Positions 12,111-26,506 of a stretch of DNA of 63,971 nt are shown here, in pieces (position 1 is the first letter of the stretch; each line of letters opens with the position of its first letter). The stretch is taken from assembly GCA_051294375.1 (NCBI GenBank), contig CM119270.1, positions 21,943,926-22,007,896 of the forward strand, given 5' to 3'. The stretch comes from Paraspadella gotoi (taxonomy: Eukaryota > Animalia > Chaetognatha). The position numbers and the translations under genes were made by a program. The notes beneath the pieces were generated by a model. That model had not been told where the DNA came from and did not search any database. It saw only the letters and a program-made list of their open reading frames with translations.

Positions 12111-13526
12111 ACTGTGATCATAAAAATTCGTTGCCTGACATTAAAAACTGTTATTCTAATGCTAAAAAACAACGAAATCGAAAGTCTAATACATAAGTAC
12201 TAGCCCTTATATAATGTCATAAAATTTCAAAAGGTTTTTTTTTAATTCTGAAGAACAGATTTCAATCTCCTCGTTAAAAGTTGATAAAAAGAAATATAAA
12301 ATCTTTTCAAAAAAATTATGATCAATTAAGAAAGTTAAAAATTCAAACTATATTTTTTAAGCTGGAAATTAAAAATCGGTATCTTAAAAACATAGTCTTT
12401 TTACAATTTTGACTAAACTTAATGAAAGAATTTAAAAAAAAAATATACTTTCTTTTATCACTTTTTTGCAAGGAATCCAAATCCATCTTAAAAAATGTAA
12501 AAATTTATATTAATTAAAATTTTAGCCTATTCATAATACTTATTCTAAAATATAAATATTAGCTCACTGGTGACCCACTAATGTATAAAATTAAAAAATA
12601 TATTTACCAAAGTATTTTAATGTTTTTATGTTCATTTTATATGCTAAATTTTAATTTTCTAAAAATTTCATCATTTTCACATCACTCTAATGTGGGCAGT
12701 ATATAGAGCACAATTTTAATGTAAGGTGGGACAGACGCGACGGACAGATCTACCGACTGACGCGACGGACCGACCGACAGACTTTTACATAATTTCCGAA
12801 TTTAAAGATAAAATTGGGCATTCTTGGGAAAATAAGGCCGGAATTCCCTTCTGACTTTTAAAAACGAACCAAGAGAGAAAAGAACTCAGGGTCAGTTTGA
12901 CTGACAAGTGAACTTACCCCTCACCGCGGAACTGACCCTTTAATGCTGTGGGAACTTCCCCGGGTGGAGAAGGAAGAAGAAGAAAGAGGAGGAGGAGAAA
13001 GGAGGAGGAGGAGGATAAAATAGCGAGGAAAGGATACGACCCGGCTCAGCGCCTCAGTAAGAGAGAGACCTCGTCTAAAAGAAGACAGGCGCACACTTAA
13101 CTCTTGCTCTCTCTATCCTCTCTCTCTCTATCTCTCTCATCTATCTCACTATCTCTCTCCTCTCATCTCATCTCTCGTCATCCTTCCATCTCTCTTCTCT
13201 CTCTCTCTCACTCACTACTGCATGTGATAGACAAGCTTAAAGCGGCTAAATTAAAACCTCGGTTGTCTCACAGCAAACAGAATCTCATTTTAATATTTCA
13301 AACGCAAGCAAAAGTTCAATTCTGGCTGCGCGCCAGGCAAAACACTTTAGAATTATAAAAGAGAGAGAGAGTCAGAGAAGTCAGAGAAGAGAGAGAGAGA
13401 GAGAGAAAGATAGAAGAGAAAGAGAAAAGAGAGAGAGAGAGAGAAAGAGGAGAGAGAGAGAGTGAAGAGAGAGAGAGAGAGAGATAGAGGAGAGAGAGAG
13501 AAAGAGAAAGAAAGAGAGAGAGAGAG

Positions 13527-13582
<56 letters not shown>

Positions 13583-13808
13583 AGAGAGAGAATAGAGAGA
13601 GAGAGAAGANNNNNNNNNNNNNNNNNNNNNNNNNCTCTCTCTCTCTCTCTCTCTCTGACTCTCTCTGACTCTCTCTCTCTTTTATAATTCTAAAAGTGTT
13701 TGCCTTGGCGCGAGCAGATGAACTTTCTTGGTTTGAAATGATTAAAAATGAGATTCTGTTTTGCTGTGAGACAATCGAGTTTAATTAGCGCTTAAGCTTG
13801 TCTATCAC

Positions 13809-13864
<56 letters not shown>

Positions 13865-13865
13865 T

Positions 13866-13899
<34 letters not shown>

Positions 13900-14780
13900 T
13901 AGAGAGAGAAAGTAGTGTGCGCCTGTCTTCTTTTAGACGAGTCTCTCTCTACTGAGGCGTGACCGGTCGATCCTTTCCTCGCTATTTTTCCTCCTCCTCC
14001 TCCTTCTCCTCCTCCTCTTCTTCTTCTTCCTTCTCCACCCGGAAGTTCCCAGCAGCATTAAAGGTCAGTTCCGGTGAGGGTAAGCTTCACTTGTCAGTCA
14101 AACTGACCTGAGTTCTTTTCTCTCTTTGGTCGTTTTTAAAAGTCAGAAGGAAATTCCGGCCTTATTTTCCAAGAATGCCCAATTTTATCTTAAATTCGAA
14201 ATTAGGTAAAAGTCTGTCGGTCGGTCCGTCGGTCAGTCGGTAGATCTGTCCGTCGGTCTGTCCCACTTACATTAAAATTGCTCATAACTTGCACATTAGA
14301 GTGATGTGAAAATGATGAAATTTTTAGAAAATTAAAATTTAGCATATAAACATGAACATAAAAAACATTAAAATACTTTGGTAAATATATTTTTTATTTT
14401 ATACATTAGTGGGCACCAGTGAGCTAATATTTATATTAGAATAAGTATATGAATAGGCTAAAATTTTAAAATATAAATTTTTAATTTTAAAGATCGGATT
14501 TGGATTCCTTGCAAAAAAGTGATAAAAGAAAGTATATTAATTTTTTATTAAATTCTTTCATTAAGTTAGTCAAAATGTAAAAAACTATTTTTAAGATACC
14601 GATTTTTAATTTCCAGCTTAAAAATATAGTTTTTTGTAATTTTTAACTTTCTTAATGACATAATTTTTTTGAAAAAGATTTATATTTTTTTTATCAACTT
14701 TTAACGAGGAATCTGAATCTGTTCTCAGAATTAAAAAAAAACCTTTTTGAAATTTTATGACATTATATAAGGGTAGTACT

Positions 14781-17700
14781 TATGTATTAGACTTTCGATT
14801 TCGTTGTTTTTTAGCATTAGAATAACAGTTTTTAATGTCAGGCAACGAATTTTTATGATCACAGTAAGGTTCGGCACATGTTTCGGGACTTCCTTATAGA
14901 GTTAGACGTCTTCATCAGCAAGTGATTTTTTCACAACCAATTGTTCTCTGTGAAAGTTGAGTGGTGAGAGAGAGAGAGACAGAGAGAGAGGGAGATTCCA
15001 ACAAAGAATTGAGTGAGAAAGTTGGTCAGATGTGAGGACAGTTCAATTGGTTAAGGACAGGGGAAGTAGGAAGTAAGATTGTGAAAATGAAAAAGAGAGA
15101 GGAGAGAGAGAGAGAGAGAGAGACACAAATTGAAATAATACATGTTAGTAATGTTACAACCAGAGAAAATAAGAATAAAATAAGTAAACTTAAAGATTTA
15201 ACTAAGTTAATACTACTATTAACAAACAATGAAAATAATAGTAAATGAAGTGAAATTGAAATGGAACGGAATAAGTGGTTAGGGATAGGGTAAGTAAAGA
15301 GTAGTGAAAGTTTTAAGTAAAAGAAAGCACTCAAATAAATGAGCTGGCCCCCCCCGGCCGGGCAAATGAGGACGTTTGACTGATTAAGATCGGGTCATTG
15401 GCCTGTTCATATGTTTGAGAGGATGGATATTTGTTAGAGCGTGGACAGTTCTGGGGTCTGGTAAGGGTTTCCACTGGGAAAACAAAATGGCCAAAGTGCC
15501 ACTGGCTATATTCTTTGGCTGATAAGCCTGACCGACGGCCTCCTCTCACCTGACGGTGAGGCAGGCGGTTGCCTGTTTTCTTGCCTGTTTTTGATACAGG
15601 AGACACGAGACTCCTCTCTCTCCTCCTGCCAAGCGTTCGTTTGAGGCGCCACGCTCGGTGCGAGGCAGAGTGCGTACCCGAGTCTGCAACAGGCTCAGAG
15701 AGAGGTTATCGGACATCCATTGACCTGACTGAAGGCCTTCCGCGCTGGCCCGTTGAGTTGGGCACAGTAGGATCATTGTGCGGTTGGGGTGGCTCTGGCT
15801 GCGTTCCACCACCATTTTATAAGCGATTCATAGCTTGGAGGTGAGTTCGATTCGTTCCTCCATCACGGTCAGCAGAGGGCTCCGAGGGCTGTTTGTGATG
15901 TCAAATTGGCCTCTCTAATATCCTCTTTGAAAACCAGGTTTTGGTCATGGGCAGCAGCAACGAGACAGTCAGTCTCTCTTAAACAGCATGCCTTATTGAT
16001 GCCGTTGTGCTCGGCAAATTTAGCCGAAAATAGAAAGTGACCACTGTGAGTCACGATAAGGCTTCTGTGTGTGCTTGAAACCGATCTGCTAGAAGGATTT
16101 GCTCTGTCTCGCCCACATATGCTGCTGTTGCAGGGTTGGTTTGCCCGCGCCGGCACAGGCGCTCCAGTAGACGGCTCCTGATGTTTTCGGTCTGCGCGGA
16201 ATTTTTGTCTTTCGGTTTCACCAAATGCTTCACGGATAGGACGAGAGCTCCGCGGTCTTGGTCCGTGCAGACCTGAGCTGGAGATCCCTGTGCTTTTTGC
16301 TTAGCACCCGCCACCAGATGCTTCAGTGATCCCCTGGTGGTGGGCGAGCTGGAGAACATGACCACGTTTCTTAGGCGCATTCTGCTTATCTGCCGCCACT
16401 TGCCGCTGTTGGGTGGCGCTGGTCGCGGATCTGGGTCCTTTCCAGCCAGCAAGGCCTCGGTTCGTCCCCTACCCCTGGGGGGGCGGCGAGGTATTGAACC
16501 TGGCGGTTTAGCGTGCTACTATTGGGGCAGCCCCTTGTGAGTGGCTCTCACTGCCCTCCATGCGACGGTTCTGAGGTCCGGGAAGCTACTTGCCTACTCT
16601 GAGAATCCCACAGAGGGCTATATGGCTAACCATGTTGAGGCGAGCCAGGGCTCTTTTGACATATGAGCTCCAGAGCTCTGCGCGGCCTGGAGTGCTTCCG
16701 GGCGGTCAGCAGCGGAATCCAGAATAGCTCTGTCTGGGTTAAGGGATTCCTGACCGTAGGCGAGCTTTTGTCCAGCGCACAAGTAGCATGCGATCGAAGG
16801 GAATGTATTTGATCAGTGCTGCGTTGCGTTTGCTTGATAGACCAGAAATTCAATGAGCCGCGCCTTCTCTCGCTGTTCCTTACAAGCACATCGAGCAGTT
16901 GGAATTTCGCCATTCCACCTCCTTTATCTCGCGCATCGTTCCATTGGCCGTTATGCTTCGCTTTCAATGCCTTTCAGCGTGGGACAAGTAGGCGGGTCCG
17001 TATGCAACGAGATTCCCTTCTCACGGCACAGTAATAGTATCCATCCGCCATTTCACGGTATCTGTATACCAGAAAAGAGGAATCCTGCAACATCTGCCCC
17101 ATGCCAGATGATCGCGAAAATTGGAACTCCAAGCTGCCTCTCTCTACGGAAATACGATGCCCATGACACTTAAGTAACTAAATTTGCCAGATGGACTTTG
17201 AGCGTTCGATTTGCGCAGCCGATCTCCTAAAGAGCCAGCATGGCTGGGCTCATCAGGTGATACCTGTTGCCAGTCGAACTTGAAGTACGCCAGTTCCAGG
17301 TCGAGCCGCCAGCAAATGCCATAATATTCATTCAATTGGGATTTGGCGTACGCGTCTGTGCAAACAGCCGGTCTCCCTTCAGCGGTCTGCGGGAGGCTAA
17401 CGCCAGTCCCTGAGGGATATTTGTAAACATACTTTGTAAGTCGCACGAGACCAAGAGATGCAAGTATCAGGCACTTTGATGTGCTGCCAGTTTTTTCCGC
17501 CGTCAGATCGAGAGAATTTCTGAGGTGGTGTGGGTTTCCGACGAGATGGAGTGAGAATTCTTTCCCAACTTCTTCGTCATTTCCATTAAAAATGGAAATG
17601 CGGGCCGATTACGATAGGGCGTTTAACGGTTAAATCGGGCTTTATGAACCTTCGGGCTTGACCGAAGAAAAGTGGCGGGGCTGCGTTGAGTCAGGATTTG

Positions 17701-17941
17701 ACTCTGTGAAATACTGCCGGGAAACAGTATTCACGATTTTACTTGTCACCGTCTGGGATCTTTCCTCTGTAAGCGAGAGTAGGATCCTTGTCCAATGCTT
17801 ATATGTTTCCTTGTTTCCGATAGACATTTTGAGCACCCTTGGACTTGTAGTCATGAAGCGCTTCATAAACTACAGCAGCTCGAAACATGTCCGACTTTAC
17901 TTGTCAATAAAATTCGTTGCCACATTTAAACTGTTATTCCT
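14781..17941 (-). mobile_element. Mirror copy of the PLE at 9035-12195
   Basis: ORF track translations are identical, with coordinates summing to 26976; TSD TAAGGGTAGTACT at 14768-14780 and 17942-17954. Confidence 0.85.
15816..17855 (-). pseudogene. Frameshifted PLE RT + GIY-YIG ORF, mirror copy
   Basis: Reverse complement of 9121-11160. Confidence 0.8.
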
Positions 17942-19157
17942 TAAGGGTAGTACTATATACAAAATTAAGCTGACTGGGGCTACTATATTTATAAAAAAGA
18001 AAAAATAACTTACAGAATTAATATTCACAAATATGATAGTTTTCAGTATAACGCCTAAAATTTCAATTCCAAACTTTCACTTCACCCTATTGCACATAGT
18101 TGGTTGCTCAATGATCATTTGTTAAGAAGGGAAAATCCTCAAATTTAAGTGACTACTAGCGCCGCCTTAAGAAAATTCTAAAACTATAAAAAACAAAAGA
18201 CAGTATTCCGATGCAGTGCGTGTCATAAATATATGGGCTCAGAAAGTTATTGAAGTCATGTAGTCATGTCATGTCATGTCATTACATGTCTTAACATGTC
18301 ATAAAAAATACACGCGATTTGGCAGTACTGCGGCGCAATATATTTGAATTACCGTTCTTGTTTTAGTTAAATATTAGGTTAAAGATTAGGTAACTTAGAG
18401 GCTAGAGTTAAGTAATAATTTAATGATCATGGTTAGCGACTTGGTTGGCAATTATGAAATTGGTACAACCAATATAAAAATTATCCATTCATTTAATAAA
18501 TAAGCTATCTTGTCCCTGACTTTGGACAGGCTTTGGTGGTTTAAGGCCTCCATCACACTTACAAGATAATAACATAGCAGGTTTCTGCAAGCTTTCAATC
18601 AAGACTCTCTCACAGTCTTATTTATTCACTCCCAGTGAACCTGGCTTCCCTATCAATGAAGTGGTATATTATTTCAAAGAATGTTTATGTAATTATGGTT
18701 AGAGATTTGGGTTAGGGTTAAGGTTTAATAATATGTTAAGGTTAGGGATTAGGGTTGCCGATTAGTTTATAAGTTTAGGACCATATTTGGGTTAGATATC
18801 AAGTTTAAAATTAATTTCTGGAATAAACGAACAGCAATGGGAAAATTCCTTTAAATTTAACTTGCATTTCACCGTCTGCCACGTATCGAATATTTATAAA
18901 GAAAGTAGTAAATTATTTAGTTTTTTTAATTTTAATGTAAAAAGGTTAATGAACCGGATTTAAAAAAAGGGGAAAAAATGGAAACAAAAGAACAGGAGAA
19001 TTAAAAAATCAAGATGGCGACGAAGGAAGGAAATAAAAAGAAAATCCGAAGGACGTGAATTTCGAATTTCGAAATCGATTTTAAAATTTCATTTTCTATT
19101 TCATTTTTTTGTTTATTGCGTCGGAATTCATTCAACCTACGATTGTTGCCTCTCTCC

Positions 19158-19235
<78 letters not shown>

Positions 19236-19483
19236 CCTCCCTCTCTCCTTTCCTCTCTTTCTCTTCTTCCGCCACCGCCTGGTCGGCCTTTCAACTTCGC
19301 CTGTTAATTACGATAAGGGCAACCAGGCAGCCAGGCAGCCAGGCGAAGGCGTAAAAGGAAAGAGGCGTAAATTATTCTGCTTTAGAGATAAAAAATTAAT
19401 GAAACTTTGAAATTAACGCGAATTTAAAAAAAAAAAGCTGTCGACGGGAATAGAATTAGCGTGAGAGACAGAGAGAGAAAGAG

Positions 19484-19526
<43 letters not shown>

Positions 19527-20735
19527 ATAAATAGGGTATATATAGAATATAAATAAAGTATTGTGGCGGTATATTCACACCGCCTCACGTCCACCATCTT
19601 ACAGGCAAATCCATTGGCTCAGAGGGGGAACACACCATCCCAGCCTTAGTGTTCCATCCACAATCCTAACGACTTCCCTCTGCCTTGGCAAAGCGAGACC
19701 GTCCTAGGGTAACCGCGCCAGTGACTGGAGGCGTCACAGAGTGTCGGAAGCCCCCAAACCCATCAGAGAGATGCCCCATCCCAATGGGCATCACAGGCAA
19801 CCCGGCTGTTGCCATAGTATATAGATAGAGCGACTCTGTTCTGTATCTTACAATTTATTGATTAAATGTCCTACTTGTTCTTCAATTTATTGTAAAGAAG
19901 AGACGAAGACAATGGCGACTCTAGCGACTGTCGTCGTCGTCGTCGTTTCTCCATTGTTGTTCTTTACGTTTTCTTGGAATAAAACACTTTCGAGATGAAA
20001 ATATTGGTTTTACCAATTCCATATGTATACAAATCTTTTAATTAAGATCAAATCATCGTCATCATCATTATCATCTTCATCATCATCATCATCATCAACA
20101 TCATCATATCATCATCATTATCATCATCATCATCATCGCTGCCTTTACTCGAACGTGACATAATTGTTTTTTTTTTCTTTCTCTTCTTCCCCATTTATTG
20201 ACTCTTTCTCTGTCTCGCCTGTCGGTTGATATTGCCCGCCATGGGCTGAGACAAACTAAATCAAATGACATCATCTGATGACATTGAACATCGACTTCGC
20301 TTCTCTGTCATAAAACGCGAAAAGGATTTCAAAGTTTATATGTTTATGTAAAAAAACTATTTAACCAAACATTCTTTTTCTAAACCTGTCTTTTGTCTTG
20401 ACCTTTCTATTTTTTTCTTTCCTTACTCACTTTTCTTTTTTTCTTTTTCCTTTCTTTTCCTTTCTTTTCCTTTCTTTTATTCTCTAATTCTATTTTTTCA
20501 CTTATCTTTTTTTCTTTTTTTTCTTTCTATTTCTCTTTTTTCTCTTCTCTTATTTTCCTTTTCCCTTCTTCCCAAAAGTCCGTTCAGTTTTATTTCGTTG
20601 TTATGATCTCAAAACATGTTTTGTTATCATTCCCCCTAAGACAGTATCTCTATTTCTCTCTCTCTCTTCTCTTCTCTCCCTCTCTCTTCTCTTGTTTTAA
20701 GATTTGGCACGGGCTTCATTACGTGTTCTTGGTCG

Positions 20736-20777
<42 letters not shown>

Positions 20778-20789
20778 CTCTCTCTCTCT

Positions 20790-20844
<55 letters not shown>

Positions 20845-23252
20845 CTCTCTCTCTCTCTCTTCTCTCCTAATTTATTTCTTTTGTTGTGTTTTTTCTTTTT
20901 TTTATTATTCATTTTCTTTCTTTTTTGTGTCACAAAATTTAGCCGAAAAGAGAAACATATTCTGGCTAAATTCTTCCTAACTAAAATTCCCAACTCGCCA
21001 TTAATCAATACTGCCGACATAGGCTTTTGAACCGGTACAGGATAGATGACAAAGAATTCATGATTGTGGGAAACGCAACACTATGGTTTAGGCACTGACA
21101 GATGCTGACAGATGCTGACAGATGCTTAGCTCTCAGAACCGATAAATTATCGATGGCCGAATGACTCTCAGCTAAAAATCCTTTCATTCTTTCTTTCTTT
21201 CTTTCTTTTTCTCTCTTTTTTCTCTTTTTCTTTCCTTCTTTTTCTCTCTTTTTTCTTTCTTTCTCTCTTTTTGCCCTTTTCATTCTTTCTCTTTCTTTCT
21301 CCCGCAACTTGACACGTTATCCTTGAACCGAGACCAAAATTTGAATTGTCGACATTTCTTTCAGCCCCAGATTCAAATCTTCCACAACGTCTTTCACTTC
21401 TCTCTCTTACTTTTCTTTACTTCCTTTTATTTTTCCTTCCTTTTCTCTTTTTCCTCCTTTTTTTTCCTCTTTTTCTTTTTCCTCTTTTTCTTTTTCCTCC
21501 TTTTCTTTTTCTTTCCTTTTTTATCCTCCTTTTCTTTTTTATCCGCCCACATTTTTTTCACCTCCCATTTTTGTTCTCTCGATTCAATTTCCGTCTTTTT
21601 TTCCCGCCATTTTGACCTTTTTTTCAAGAGGCCATTTTCCATTTTTTAGCTCTGTGTTTCACTTGATCGGTCTGTCGGTAAGTTACTTGGATCATTTCGA
21701 AATATCGAATTTTAATAAATTAAGCAAAAAAATAAAATTTGCGTCCATCTTTCTGTCTCTTACTTTAAATTTTGTATGATGGTAGGTAAGTGTGAAGTCA
21801 GAGTGGAAATGAGCTTAAATGGAAAAACATGAAAAAAACAATTATGTATTCGGTGAAAAATAAAAAGATGAAAATAAAAGTGAAAAATTGAATTAAATTA
21901 AAGAAATTTAAAAAGAATATTTGAAAAGAAAATAGAAAAAAATAATTAATAATTTAATTAGACAATTAATTAATTAATTAATTAATTAATTAATTAATTA
22001 ATTAATCATCTGATCAGCTGCCTACAGGTTATGAGCGTGAGCACATCCGACTTTGTTTTCCCAAACTTGTTTAAAAATCTTCTTTCTCTCATGTTTTCAA
22101 AAAAGTTTTCATCCATTGTTTTTCATTTTATTGTTTTCATGTTTGATAAAGTTTTTTATTTTATTTAGAAAGCTATTATTAATTATTTTAAAGCATTTCC
22201 TTTTTTGTTATTCCTTTTTCAAGAAGCTGTTTTATTTTTTTGGAAAAATCCTTTTTTCGCTTCTTTCTCTTTCTTTACTTTTTTCCTGTTTTTTTCTTAT
22301 CTCCTTTCTTCCCCATCTCTATCTTTTCTTCGTTGTATCTTTCACCTCTGTTTTCCACAATCGCTTTTGACCTTTTGTTGAATCCTCTCTCTTCTCATCT
22401 CGCTGCCACCAGCGCTCCCGGCGGAATTTTGCAGAGTTAAAACCACTGACTCCATCTTTGGGTTTATGACGAACGTAAAAAACCATAAGCGTCGACATTT
22501 CCCATTTATTTTTTTATTCTTTAGTTTTTCTCTTTTTTTTTAAATTTTCTTTTCTTCGTTACTTCATTCCTTTAAATCCCTATGTCGTCCGTCTCTCTGT
22601 ATGTTTGTCTTTTTATTCTCATTTAAACTAAAGGAGAACTAAGTCTATTTATAACTAAGAAAGAGGATGAGAGGCAAGATTTGGACAGTTCCATCGTTCT
22701 CGCGAGCTGATTGGTCGATTCCGGTTTCACCTCAGCCAATCAGCCTTCGACGATCCTCCGATCCGTTTTAGATTCTGGTGAGATTGATCTCCTTGATTTC
22801 TGTGCATAAGGTACTAAGTGGGCTGAAGATGACTATCCGCAAATTCTTTAACCACTCTAGCAGCCATGGAACGGGTTCTGGGCTTTGAACCAGGCTTGAG
22901 GGTTTGCCGCGCCCCAATGTGGCTTATGGCCGTCCTCACGCTTCCCGCAGGGTAGGTACCGGGTTGGGATTGAACCCAGTACCTAGTGGTCATGCGCTGA
23001 TGGCTTTTCTCAATGAGCCACCGGGACACGACTGAAGATGTCATGCTTATACGCGGGGTGAAACTAGGCAATGCCCGACCACATATCGTTATACTGATTT
23101 TGTAAATAAAGCTTTCTATCATTTTTCATTTAAATTTTATCATTGTAATGTTTTATTATCCAAAATTCCCCAGAGACTAATTTTTAAAGGAGCACGATTC
23201 GATCCAGAGATTGAATGACTAGGTAGGAATCAAAATTCCAGAGTTAATATTC

Positions 23253-23343
<91 letters not shown>

Positions 23344-23781
23344 GTGTCTATGTCTATGAATGTAGCTATTTTTTTTTTCCTCCTTCATTTTTACTTTCCC
23401 TCTTTTCCATTTTCTCAACGAAGACTTCAGCCTCCTCCACCTCTCTTCTCCTCCCACTCTTCCTTCGTCCTCTTCCTTCCCCCCCTTCCCCTCCTCCTTC
23501 CCGCTCCTCCTTCTCCTCTTCCTTCCCCTACTACTCCTCCTCCCTCTTCTCTTCCTTCCCCCCTCATCCTCCTTCTCCTCCTATCCCCTCCTCCTCTTCC
23601 TCCTCCTTCTTATCCTCCTTCTCCTCCCCTCCTCCTCTCCATTCTGCTCCTCCTGCTTCTCTCTCCTCCTCTTCCTCCTCCTCCTCTTACCCTTACCCAC
23701 CTCTCACTTACCCGACTCCTTCCCTCCCCGATTTCCAGAGAAGAGAATTGAAAACGTTCCCACGAGAATTTTGCCCCATTA

Positions 23782-23842
<61 letters not shown>

Positions 23843-24173
23843 TCTCTCTTTCTCTCTCTCTCTCTCTCCGCTCTCTCGATATTAAAAAAAAAGACTCTTT
23901 TTCGTTTTTTTTCCGCATTTTATATTCTGTGTTTCGCCCTTTATCCCCTTTTCTTTATTTTTTTTCTTCTTTTTTTTTTATTTCTTTTATCCACTGGTTT
24001 ATTTCCTTTCTTTTTCCCTTTTTTTTCTTTCGTTTTTCTCTTTTTTTTTTCATTTTCTGTTTTACTTATTTCTTTTGTGATTAAACTTTCTTTCGTTGTG
24101 TTTGAGTTATTTACTTTCTTTTTTCCAATAATCTTTCAAATTTCTTTCATTTATTTTTTCTTTCTCTCTCTCT

Positions 24174-24212
<39 letters not shown>

Positions 24213-24219
24213 TCTCTCT

Positions 24220-24258
<39 letters not shown>

Positions 24259-24432
24259 TCTCTCTCTCTCTCTCTCTCTCACTCATGTCCAGACCTAGTG
24301 ACCTTCTCTCTTCTCTTCCTTTGTTATTCAAACCAGTTGCCGTCCAAAAAAGGAAAATGCTTTTTCGAAACAGGAAAATCTTTTACGACTCATAAATTAG
24401 ATTTTAAGAAAAATTAAGGCGAGACAAAGTGG

Positions 24433-24528
<96 letters not shown>

Positions 24529-24534
24529 TCTCTT

Positions 24535-24731
24535 CAATTCATTCTAATGAATTCCACTCGAAAAGGCAATAAAAGATTTCATATTCCCATTTTTTAAATT
24601 TTCCGGAATCTGCCTTTAAATCTACGAAGCCCCATTTTTGAATGAATATCTAGTCGACATATTCTCTTCTCTCTCTCTCACTCTCTCTCTCTCTCTCTCT
24701 CTCTCATCTCTCTTCTCTCTCTCCTCTCTCT

Positions 24732-24773
<42 letters not shown>

Positions 24774-24945
24774 ATTCATTCTAAATGAATTGCCACTCGA
24801 AAAGGGCAATAAAAGATTTCATATTCCCATTTTTAAATTTCCGGAATCTGCCTTTAAAATCTACGAACACCCCATTTTTGAATGAATATCTAGTGACACT
24901 ATTCTCTCTCTCTCTCTCTCACCTCTCTCTCTCTCTCTTTCTCTC

Positions 24946-25004
<59 letters not shown>

Positions 25005-25135
25005 AATCCTAATGAATTGCCACTCGAAAAGGCAATAAAAGATTTCATATTCCCATTTTTAAATTTCCGGAATCTGCCTTTAAAAATCTACGAAGCCCCA
25101 TTTTGAATGAATATCACAGTGACATATTTCTATCT
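24535..25135. repeat. ~235-bp tandem triplication (unique block + (CT)n)
   Basis: AATGAATTGCCACTCGAAAAGGCAATAAAAGATTTCATATTCCC at ~24547, ~24784 and ~25011. Confidence 0.85.
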
Positions 25136-25156
25136 CTCTCTCTTCTTTCTCTTCGT

Positions 25157-25192
<36 letters not shown>

Positions 25193-25278
25193 CTCTCTTC
25201 TCTCTTCTCTCTCTCTCTGAGAATCCTCTCTCACGACTGAAAGTCTTTATCAATTTTTCATTGAGCTCCGATGCCGTT

Positions 25279-25336
<58 letters not shown>

Positions 25337-26322
25337 TTTTTCCCTCTTATAATTTTATTAAGCTTACTGAGTGGTTTTTATATCTCCAAGGAGCAGAGAT
25401 TATTTCCCACTTCAACTCATAAAATCTCCCCAAGATTTTTCACCCTTCGTTTCTTGGAAAATTAAAATGAATTCGCAAAAGGGAAGCGAATTAATCGGCC
25501 AGGATGATGAGGCATGGTAAAGCATAGTGGGGCATGGTGATTCATGGTGATGCATGGGTAAAATAGGCTAAAGCGTTGTAACGCGTGTCAAGGGATTTGT
25601 GGTTTAAGCCACATTTTTTGCGTCTCGCTATCAATGCATATAAGTGAAACAAATAGAGCATGGCAGGACATGGTTTGGCAGGACAAAAGAATGTCACAAT
25701 TCAAATGCATGACAAAACATTGTATTCGCGACATAGAATGTCAAATCTTTGTTGATCCTTTTAACTTTGGAAAGTCAAGGACAAACAAAGTGACTTTGAA
25801 GGTCTTGTTGTTTTTTAATCAGAGGAAGAAGAGGAGAAGGAGGAGGGGGAGGAGGGAGAAGAGGAGGAGGAGAAAGGGGAGAGGGAGGAGGGAGAAAAAG
25901 AGGAGAGAAGGGGAGGTGGGGAGGAGGAGAAGAGGAAGGGGAGGTGGGAGGGAGAGTGGGAGAGGAGAAGAAGAGGAGGGGGAGGAGAGAGAGAAGGAAG
26001 GAGAAGGAGGAGGGGAGGAGGGAGAAGGATGAGGGAGGAGGAAGAGGAGGAGGAGGAAAAGGAAGGGGAGAGGAGAGGAGAAAGAAGGAAAAGGAGGAGG
26101 GGAGGAGGAAGAGGAGGAGGAGGATGGAAGGAAGCATGGGGAGGAAAGAAGGGGAGAAGAGAAGAAGGAAAAGGAGGAGGAGGAGGGAAAGGAGGAGGAG
26201 GAAGAGGAAGAGGAGAGAGGAGGAGGGAGGAGGAGGAAATTGACTACATCGTAATGATGTTGAAAGGAAATGCTGAAGACTCAAGTAAATTTAACTCATC
26301 AACAGATACGTGAAGTGAATTC

Positions 26323-26401
<79 letters not shown>

Positions 26402-26506
26402 GGAAGAGTCGTAAGATAAACGAGAGAGGCTGTCGACGAAAGAATTTTCCCCTTTGACCCAAACTTTTTCCTTCAAAGAAAAAAAAAACCAACCTTTTTT
26501 TAACAA

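Larger units (their letters stand above)
9035..12195 (+). mobile_element. Penelope-like retroelement (Penelope/Poseidon-type layout), 5'-truncated with an inverted 3'-pLTR fragment at the 5' junction
   Basis: RT and GIY-YIG motifs in order; 3' hammerhead at 12058-12101; 9038-9123 is an inverted copy of ~12060-12155; TSD AGTACTACCCTTA at 9022-9034 and 12196-12209 (latter with a 1-nt insertion). Confidence 0.88.
14212..18362 (+). mobile_element. Long HINE-like host element interrupted by the PLE (mirror ~8602-12785 on minus)
   Basis: (GTCG/GTCC)n head 14212-14262; after the PLE it continues with ACTACTAGCGCCGCCT (18152), CCGATGCAGTG, (GTCAT)n and ACTGCGGCGCAA...CCGTTCTTGTT (~18327-18362). Confidence 0.55.
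3075..23270. repeat. ~10-kb-arm inverted duplication centred on a 25-N gap (13610-13634); likely assembly artefact
   Basis: 3075-13609 mirrors 13635-23270; arms differ by dense small indels except over ~8964-12202. Confidence 0.9.

Noticed and set aside
14781-17941. Second PLE as an independent insertion, or a giant TIR transposon formed by the arms
   Set aside because: Same TSD, flanks and errors as 9035-12195; no transposase and no TSD at the palindrome ends.
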